Source: Acidimicrobiales bacterium
Lineage (GTDB): Bacteria; Actinomycetota; Acidimicrobiia; Acidimicrobiales; JAUJNH01
Assembly: GCA_038253125.1 (NCBI GenBank)
Contig: JBBSHM010000006.1
Location: forward strand, 1-63,891
Length of the DNA stretch: 63,891 nt
Direction: 5' to 3'
The number at the start of each line of letters is the position of its first letter. Positions within the stretch are counted from its first letter, which is position 1. The notes beneath the pieces were generated by a model. The model saw only the letters and a list, made by a program, of their open reading frames with translations. It was not told the DNA's origin and made no database searches. A program made the position numbers and the translations under genes. This document shows, piece after piece, positions 56,101-63,891 of the stretch.

Positions 56101-56737
56101 GAAGGAGCGCCTGGCCCACGAGAAGGAGATGCTGGGCCTCTACCTCTCGGACCATCCCCTGCTCGGCTGTGAAGGGGCGCTGAAGCGGGCCACCGACTGC
56201 ACCATCGCCGAGCTGCGGGAGCAGCCGGCGGCCGAGAGCGGCGCCTACGGCGGTCGGGGCACCGACAGCCGTTGGGTCGGCGGCGTGGTCACCGGCCTGG
56301 CCCGCAAGTACACCCGCAGGGGCGAGCAGATGGCCACCTTCTGCCTCGAGGACCTGCAGTCGGCGATCAACGTCCTGGTCTTCCCCCGCACCATGGCCGA
56401 CATCGGGCACCTGCTCGTAGACGACGCCGTGGTGTGCGTGAAGGGCCGGCTCGACACCCGCGACGACGAGCCGTCGATGATCTGCCTCGAGGTGAGGGTC
56501 CCCGACCTGGTGCTCGACGGTGGCCCGCCGCTGCGGCTGCGGCTGCCGACAAGCCAGCTGAGCGACGACCTGGTCGACCGCCTGAAGCTGCTGCTGCTGG
56601 AGCACCCGGGGGATTCCGCGGTGTTCCTCCACGTCGACTCGTTGGTGCTGCGCCTGCCGCCCGGCTTCGCCGTCGACCTCCGGGGCTCCCTCCTCGGCGA
56701 GCTGCGGGTCCTGTTCGGCCCCGACTGCCTGGTGTAG
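53153..56737 (+). CDS. dnaE: DNA polymerase III alpha subunit
   Basis: PHP HLHQHTEYSMLDG, GPGRGSAAGS, MPDIDMDF, YAFNKSHS; no intein seen. Confidence 0.98.
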   Translation: MAGSFTHLHQHTEYSMLDGASRVQEVVAAAVADGQPALGITDHGVMYGVLEFYKACRAQGIKPVIGAELYQAAQSRHERPRRSGGKVDDSGGDAEGGNKLYYHLTALAETTEGYGNLMKLSSEAFLSGYFYKPRVDWELLEQHHRGIIATTGCLGGVVLQALLQGDEALAARRAARLQDIFGRDSMFVELQDHGIPEQRRTNPQLLALARRIKAPLLATNDGHYVHQSDALAHDALLCVQTGSLLADDNRLRFHGDQHYLKSAAEMRLLFSELPEACDNTLWIAERAEVEIEFGKPQLPEFPLPKGFTSQSGYLRHLVEDGARDRYGPAYGAEVQQRIDHELGVIEDMGFSAYFLVVWDLIRHARSSNIRVGPGRGSAAGSCVSYCLKIVDLDPIRYDLLFERFLNPARKQMPDIDMDFDSRYRGEMIRYAAERYGWDHVAQIITFSTIKARAAVRDAARVLGLPYSVGDRAAKAMPPLVMGRDTPLWACFERQEKFADGFGAAGELRAMYDSDPDVRKVVDVARGLEGLRRGDSIHAAAVVITNRPLTEHLPIQRKPDGSNPIDQAPIVTQYEMGGVEELGLLKMDFLGLRNLDVIEMTLDQCEQTLGRRPDVDGVALDDDRTFEMLRRGDTIGVFQFEGGPMRALIRALAPTSFDDIAALTALYRPGPMAANMHNDYADRKNGRKPVAYFHPDAEKVLGATYGLCVYQEQMMQLARLFAGFTMEEADNLRKAAGKKKREIMVRERAKFVAGCDATGYGTKLGNDLFDMIEPFADYAFNKSHSVGYGFVAYQTAWLKASYPVQYFAALLTSVKEDKDKTAIYLSECRTMGIEVEVPDVNASASDFVADVDPASVDTTVPGGTGTIPFGLSAIRNVGEGLTTKVVEERERNGPFADFYDFCQRVDPLALNKRTLESLIKAGAFDKLGHPRRGLLSVFEQVVDRTLQQRKEDDQGIMSLFGDPAGMGGGFDDTRVPIPDVEFDKKERLAHEKEMLGLYLSDHPLLGCEGALKRATDCTIAELREQPAAESGAYGGRGTDSRWVGGVVTGLARKYTRRGEQMATFCLEDLQSAINVLVFPRTMADIGHLLVDDAVVCVKGRLDTRDDEPSMICLEVRVPDLVLDGGPPLRLRLPTSQLSDDLVDRLKLLLLEHPGDSAVFLHVDSLVLRLPPGFAVDLRGSLLGELRVLFGPDCLV

Positions 56738-56823
56738 CCGCCCTCCGCACACCCACTGACGGCTGGTGGTCGGCCGCGTCTATCATCGAACGGGCATTCA
56801 CGACAAGGAGTGACAACGCGACG

Positions 56824-57498
56824 ATGGCGATCGAGGTCGAGACCAAGGACTGCACCGCCCTCTCCGACGGGGAGCTGTCTGAGATGGCCGACATCTGCGT
56901 CGGCGGCCCCGCGGGTTACGACATCGGGCTCCTCTCAAAGGCCCGTGACGAGTGGGTGCTCATCACCCAGGCCCGCGACGGCTCCAAGCTGTGCGGGTTC
57001 GGCTTCTGCACCCTGGAGCGGATCGGCGGCACGCCGTCGTGCCTGTGGGGGCTGTCGTCGTTCCGGCGCACCGCCAAGCGCGACACGGTGCTGCGGGCCG
57101 TGATCGGCGACCAGTACCGGCGGGCCGTGCTGGCCTTCCCCGACGAGGACGTGCTGGTGGGCACCAGGATGATCACCGCCTCGGCGTTCGTCGCCTTCAA
57201 GGGCCTGGAGGACATCTGCCCCCGGCCGGGCCACAAGCTGACCGGCGAGGAGCGGGCCTGGAGTCGGCGCCTGGCCAAGCGGTTCGCCGCCGACGGTCGC
57301 ATCGACGACCGTGCGTTTGTGATCACCGGCGACGGCTCCCCCGTCGGCGTCTTCGACTTCGAGGCGGCCAAGCCCGGGGCGGTGGGCGACGACGTGACCG
57401 CCTTCTTCCAGCCGCTTGACCTTGAGCGCGGCGACGTACTCGTGGCCTTTGGCTGGGCCATGGCCGAGCCGCTGGCCGCCAAGCACGGCCCCCGCTGA
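56824..57498 (+). CDS. Hypothetical protein, possibly GNAT-like fold
   Basis: AAGGAG upstream, high GC3; LITQARDGSKLCGF beta pattern resembling GNAT strands. Confidence 0.7.
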   Translation: MAIEVETKDCTALSDGELSEMADICVGGPAGYDIGLLSKARDEWVLITQARDGSKLCGFGFCTLERIGGTPSCLWGLSSFRRTAKRDTVLRAVIGDQYRRAVLAFPDEDVLVGTRMITASAFVAFKGLEDICPRPGHKLTGEERAWSRRLAKRFAADGRIDDRAFVITGDGSPVGVFDFEAAKPGAVGDDVTAFFQPLDLERGDVLVAFGWAMAEPLAAKHGPR

Positions 57499-58508
57499 GC
57501 CCGCGCCCGGTCCGGGGCCGCAAGCTGGGGATCGTCCTCGGCGCCGGCGGCACGGTGGGGTTGGCCTACGAGGCCGGCGTCCTGATGGCGCTGGCCGAGC
57601 TGGGCGGCGTCGACGCCGCCGAGGCCGACCTGCTGGTCGGCACCTCGGCCGGCTCGATCGTCGCCGCCCACCTGCGCTGCGGCTGGAGCGTCGAGGACCT
57701 GTGGCGCTCGGCCCGGGGTGAGCAGCCCAACCTGCTGGGCGCCACCGAGGAGGACGCGACCCGCCGCCGTGACGAGTTGCTGCCGCCGGCCTTCGGCTCG
57801 CCCCTCGACGCCGTCCTGCGGATGGCCGGATCGGGCTGGATCCTGGGGCGTTCGCTGGTGCGCTGGCCGATGCCGCACCTGCCCGGCCTCGACTGGGTGC
57901 TGCCGAGCGGGATGCTCACCATGTCGTCGTCCAACGAGATCTTCGCCGAGAACCTGAGCGAGGCGTGGCCCGATCGCGACCTGTACCTGTCGGCGGTGGA
58001 CACCGTCAGCGGGCGGCGGGTGGTCTTCGGCCGTCCGGGTTCGCCCCAGGTCGCCCTGCCCGTGGCCGTCATGGCGTCGTGCGCCGTTCCGGGCGTCTTC
58101 GCTCCTGTCCGCCTGGGGCGCCGGGTGCTGGTGGACGGTGGCATCGACTCCACCACCCACCTCGACCTGGCGGTGAAGGCGGGATGCGACCTGGTGATAG
58201 GCGTCGTGCCGATGGCCTACACACCCGACGACCCGCCGGACCGGGTGCACCAGCTTGTGCGGCGGATGCCGAGCCGGTGGGTGAGCAACGAGACGGCCTC
58301 AGCCAAGGCCCGCGGCGTCGACGTGCTGCTGATGCGCCCCACCGCCGCCGAGGTGGCTCTCCACGGCTTCAACTTCCTGCGCCGTGACAAGTGGGGCGAG
58401 ATAGCCGAAGCGGCCTACCAGTCGACGGCCGCCGCCCTGGCCACCGACCGCTTCCGCACCGCTCTGGAGCGGCGCCACGGCCGGCGCCGGAACGAACGGA
58501 ATGGCTAG
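57495..58508 (+). CDS. Patatin-like phospholipase (probable non-canonical start)
   Basis: LGIVLGAGG Gly-rich loop, GTSAG nucleophile, VDGG. Confidence 0.85.
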   Translation: MSPRPVRGRKLGIVLGAGGTVGLAYEAGVLMALAELGGVDAAEADLLVGTSAGSIVAAHLRCGWSVEDLWRSARGEQPNLLGATEEDATRRRDELLPPAFGSPLDAVLRMAGSGWILGRSLVRWPMPHLPGLDWVLPSGMLTMSSSNEIFAENLSEAWPDRDLYLSAVDTVSGRRVVFGRPGSPQVALPVAVMASCAVPGVFAPVRLGRRVLVDGGIDSTTHLDLAVKAGCDLVIGVVPMAYTPDDPPDRVHQLVRRMPSRWVSNETASAKARGVDVLLMRPTAAEVALHGFNFLRRDKWGEIAEAAYQSTAAALATDRFRTALERRHGRRRNERNG

Positions 58509-59103
58509 CCAGCCCGGTGACCCTCAGCGACGACCGCCTCCCGCTCATCAGGGGTCTACGCCCGCCGTGGGTTTGACCGCCCGACTCGAGCGGCCTCATG
58601 GCCTGGTGCTGGCGGGTGGGAGCGGAGTGCGCTTTGGTCAGCCGAAGGCCACGGTGGCCTTCGAGGGGGTGACGTTGGTGGAGCGGGCGTTCGCCCTCCT
58701 CGCTGGCCGATGCGCGCAGGTGATCGTGGTGGGTCGACCGGAGGTCCCGCTGCCCGTCCCGTCGCTGCACGACCGGGTCGGACCGGACTGCCCGTTGAAC
58801 GCCCTGGCCACGGGCCTTGCCGCCCTCGGATCCGACGAGGTGCTGGTGCTCGCCTGCGACCTCCCGGGCGCCGGCCCCGTGCTGGCCCGCCTGGTGGCGG
58901 CCCCCTCGGTGGCGGTCGATCCCGACGGCCGGGCCCAGCCCCTCTGCGCCCGCTATCACCGCCTGGCGACCCTGGCGGCCGCCGATCAGCTTTTGGCGGC
59001 CGGCACGCTCCGCCTCCAGGCCCTCCTCGACCTGCTGTCGCCTACGCCGGTCCCGGCCACGGCCGCCGAGCTCCACAACATAAACGTCCCCGCTGACCTC
59101 TGA
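58501..59103 (+). CDS. mobA: MobA-like NTP transferase (molybdenum cofactor guanylyltransferase family)
   Basis: LAGGSGVRFGQPKA, LACDLP, QPLCARY, NINVPADL. Confidence 0.8.
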   Translation: MASQPGDPQRRPPPAHQGSTPAVGLTARLERPHGLVLAGGSGVRFGQPKATVAFEGVTLVERAFALLAGRCAQVIVVGRPEVPLPVPSLHDRVGPDCPLNALATGLAALGSDEVLVLACDLPGAGPVLARLVAAPSVAVDPDGRAQPLCARYHRLATLAAADQLLAAGTLRLQALLDLLSPTPVPATAAELHNINVPADL

Positions 59104-59123
59104 ACTCTCGACGACCTGGACGG

Positions 59124-59708
59124 TCAGAGGAGGCCGGTGACGACTTTGTAGCAGTGGCCCTCGACCGGTGGGGTGAGGGCGACGACGATACGGCTCGCCT
59201 GGCTCTCGGGGCGTATGGTGCGGCTGGCCGCCACCGGCAGGTCGTGGACGAGGTTGCGCCACAGGAACCGGCAGTGCAGCAGGCCGTCGTCCCCGAAGCC
59301 GATCGTGGCGGCGGCGGGGACGACCGCCACCGAGGGTCGGCCGCCGTCGAGCTCCCAGAACGGGATCGAGGGCCCGGCGAAGCCCAGGAGCTGAGCCCAC
59401 TCGGGGTGGAGCAGGGGGCGCAGCCACCGCTCGGCCCGGCGAGGGGCGAGGCGGTCGACCGGGCGGGGGGCGGCGACCAGGGCCACCGCCTCGGGCTGGG
59501 TGCGGTCGGGCGGCTCGGCGCCGGCCGCCAGCTGGGCGGTGACCACGTCGTAGGGGCGCAGGGTCAGGCCCTTGAGGCGGTCTGAACCCGTGCGCACCAC
59601 CGCACCCGAGCCGAGATCCACTGCCGCCAGTCCGAGGGACGACACGCTGAGCACCAGCAACCGCAGCTCGACCCCGGCCTCGGCGGTCCGGCGAGGCTGC
59701 TCGACCAT
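59124..59708 (-). CDS. Hypothetical protein, dual-OB-domain-like
   Basis: LAAVDLGSGAVVR, PYDVV, QPE, C-terminal VALTPPVEGHCYKVVTGLL. Confidence 0.6.
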   Translation of the reverse strand: MVEQPRRTAEAGVELRLLVLSVSSLGLAAVDLGSGAVVRTGSDRLKGLTLRPYDVVTAQLAAGAEPPDRTQPEAVALVAAPRPVDRLAPRRAERWLRPLLHPEWAQLLGFAGPSIPFWELDGGRPSVAVVPAAATIGFGDDGLLHCRFLWRNLVHDLPVAASRTIRPESQASRIVVALTPPVEGHCYKVVTGLL

Positions 59709-59841
59709 CGTGCGCACTCTGCCATCGTTGCCGGTCCCGCCGCCCAGGTGGTGGATCCAGCTCGGTCCCTCGACGCGATCGGGCGCCGGCCGCTCAGATG
59801 TGCTGCACTGCTTGGGTTAGCAGACGAGCGAAAGGGCGACC

Positions 59842-61308
59842 ATGGCCATCAGGGGAGCAAAGCCGGTAACGGCGAGGAAGGCGACCAAGCGCCCCGTCCA
59901 GACGGTGCGGTGCTGGCAGGACGACCCGGGAAGCCCCGACCGTGGGGTGCAACCCGTGGAGGCCGCGGTCCCCGACCTGGCCAGGGGGACGCTTCCCACC
60001 ACCATCGTGACCGATGGGCCGGCTCCGCCTGCCGGCCTGTACGAGCCCGGCACCGCTGAGTTCCGGCACTGGGCGGCGGCCGAGGCCCTTCAGCGCAGCA
60101 CGACGTTGTGGAGTTCGCTGCTGCCCAAGGGCGTCACCTGGTACCCCTCGAACGGCAAGCGGCTCCCCGTCGCACTGGACGACGGCGAGGACCTGAACGC
60201 CTACTACGACCGCAACGGCCTCCACTTCTTCCACGCCAGCGTCGGGGGGCGGCCCGTCTTCTCGGGCGAGAGCCCCGACGTGTGCTCCCACGAGCTCGGT
60301 CATGCCATCCTCGACGCGCTGCGACCGCAGCTGTGGGACGCCTCGTTCATCGAGGCCGGCGCCTTTCACGAGTCGTTCGGCGACATGAGCGCCCTGCTCG
60401 TCGGGCTGCAGCTCCCCTCGCTGCGCGACCTGGTCCTCACCGAGACGTCGGGCCACCTCTACCGCACGTCGCGCCTGTCCCGCATGGCCGAGCAGCTGGG
60501 GTGGGCCATCCGCCAGCTGCGGCCCGAGGTGGTCGAGCCCGACTGCCTGCGCAACGCCGTGAACGTCTTGTTCTACCGGGACCCGACAACGCTGCCCCCG
60601 TCGGGCCCGGCGGCCACGCTCAGCTCGGAGCCCCACTCGTTCTCGCGGGTGTTCACCGGCGGCTTCCTCGAGGCGCTCGCCGGCATTCACGCCCTCCAGG
60701 CCCGGCTCGACTCGCCCGGGCTGCAGCAAGCCAGCCTCGACGCTGGCGCCCTGCTGATAGACGCCATCACCGCCTCGCCGCTGGTGCCCAGCTACTACAG
60801 CCAGTTCGCCGCCCACATGATCGAGGCGGACGCCAACCGCTTTCAGGGGCGCTACACCCAGGCGCTGAAGGGGGCGTTCGTCAAGCACGGCATCCTCTCG
60901 CTCGGGTCAGCCAACGCAGTGGCAGCCTCGCCCCAGGGTGCGCCGGTCGTGCGGGCCCGGGCCGTCACCGGCGGCGGCGAGCTGCGGCCTCTGGTGCCAC
61001 TGGGCGGAGGGCGCTACGGCCTGGGCGAGGACCTGCTGGTGCCGGCGCTGGCCGAGACGAAGCGCTTCAGCGTGGTCGGCTCGGGGCCTGATGTCGACGG
61101 CGCCGCGTCTCCGTCTCCCGATGAGGCCGCCCGCTCGCTGGTCGAGGACCTGTTCCGCCGGGACAAGGTCGACGTCACCGCCGTCGCCGGCGGCCGGGGC
61201 CCCGATAGCCGTCCTGTGTCGCACCTGAGCCACGCCGTGGTCCGGGAGGGCGACGCCCTGGTCCTCGTCCGCCGCAGCGTCGACTGCGGGTTCGACGTCT
61301 TCCGTTGA
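59842..61308 (+). CDS. Cytoplasmic M4/M36-like gluzincin metallopeptidase
   Basis: NAYYD, HELGH, downstream HESFGD third ligand, EPHSFS; no signal peptide. Confidence 0.82.
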   Translation: MAIRGAKPVTARKATKRPVQTVRCWQDDPGSPDRGVQPVEAAVPDLARGTLPTTIVTDGPAPPAGLYEPGTAEFRHWAAAEALQRSTTLWSSLLPKGVTWYPSNGKRLPVALDDGEDLNAYYDRNGLHFFHASVGGRPVFSGESPDVCSHELGHAILDALRPQLWDASFIEAGAFHESFGDMSALLVGLQLPSLRDLVLTETSGHLYRTSRLSRMAEQLGWAIRQLRPEVVEPDCLRNAVNVLFYRDPTTLPPSGPAATLSSEPHSFSRVFTGGFLEALAGIHALQARLDSPGLQQASLDAGALLIDAITASPLVPSYYSQFAAHMIEADANRFQGRYTQALKGAFVKHGILSLGSANAVAASPQGAPVVRARAVTGGGELRPLVPLGGGRYGLGEDLLVPALAETKRFSVVGSGPDVDGAASPSPDEAARSLVEDLFRRDKVDVTAVAGGRGPDSRPVSHLSHAVVREGDALVLVRRSVDCGFDVFR

Positions 61309-61399
61309 TGACGGGTCGCCGGCGATGCGGTCTCCGGGATGAGCCTTTTCGACGGTGACGTCCCCGGAGATGACGCCTTCCCGGTAATCTGGGCGGGCG

Positions 61400-61642
61400 A
61401 TGCAGGTTGACGGTCAAGCTGGAGACCTAGAGGCAGAGGGACCTGGCGGGCTAGACGCCGGACTACCGGACGCCGGCAGCGTGGAGGGGGCCGAGCAGGC
61501 CTTTGTAGCCGGCCTGATCGCCCGGGGTGAGGCGGCGGAGCCGGATGAAAACGGACATCTGCCGGCGGGCGCCACGCACGAGCTCGTCCAGGACGACCAG
61601 GGTCGCACGACCGTCAAGCGCCGACGCTTCTCTGCCTTCTAG
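61400..61642 (+). CDS. Small acidic hypothetical protein
   Basis: 80 aa ending LPAGATHELV...VKRRRFSAF; directly after the peptidase. Confidence 0.6.
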   Translation: MQVDGQAGDLEAEGPGGLDAGLPDAGSVEGAEQAFVAGLIARGEAAEPDENGHLPAGATHELVQDDQGRTTVKRRRFSAF

Positions 61643-61714
61643 GCCGCGCCGCCCGCGCCCAGGCGGCATCGCAGGTATCGGCTGCCCCAGCTAAGGGTCC
61701 AGGTGGGAACGTCC

Positions 61715-63706
<1,992 letters not shown>

Positions 63707-63891
63707 CGCAGCTCCTCCCACGTTGTCCCTACCCACGCCAGCGGAGGTGCTGACATAGTTCTGTATTACGGTACCTTGCCGGTTCGGGTTTCCGGTACGC
63801 TGGCCGAGGTGGATCCCTCGCACTCGCCGTTCCCCTACCAGGGCCCGCTCGACCCAGCTCAGGTCGCCGGCCGGGATGAGCTTGTGCGTGA

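Noticed and set aside
53153-56737. Intein or split dnaE
   Set aside because: Length and motif spacing are normal, with no intein splice or homing-endonuclease motifs seen

Overview
A very GC-rich actinobacterial chromosomal window; gene content and order suggest Acidimicrobiia, which is an inference. It is mostly core genome: dapC/dapD, lexA with a divergent LysM (ChiZ/YneA-like) gene and four SOS boxes, a phosphofructokinase, ppm1-dinB, a MoxR/DUF58/transglutaminase trio, an SPFH-zinc-ribbon plus Tim44-like pair, a PRC-barrel/holin-X/DUF3618 stress trio, the dcw cluster (mraZ to divIVA, lacking murF and murD), ileS, dksA-like/lspA/rluD, osmC, an M23 peptidase, Rrf2, bpa, dnaE and yyaL. I found no rRNA, tRNA, CRISPR array, integrase or transposase. 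The most unusual observations are: (1) one 33-bp repeat family sitting in frame, in opposite orientations, in both dinB and ftsI; (2) a membrane-anchored protein after divIVA with two copies of a small helical domain and a histone-H1-like tail; (3) a signal-less gluzincin peptidase with a small partner and a divergent dual-OB-like gene; (4) a lower-GC island of two apparently frameshifted exported proteins behind a perfect 12-bp palindrome; (5) a patatin gene that seems to need a CTG start. All calls come from reading motifs by eye; no searches were run.
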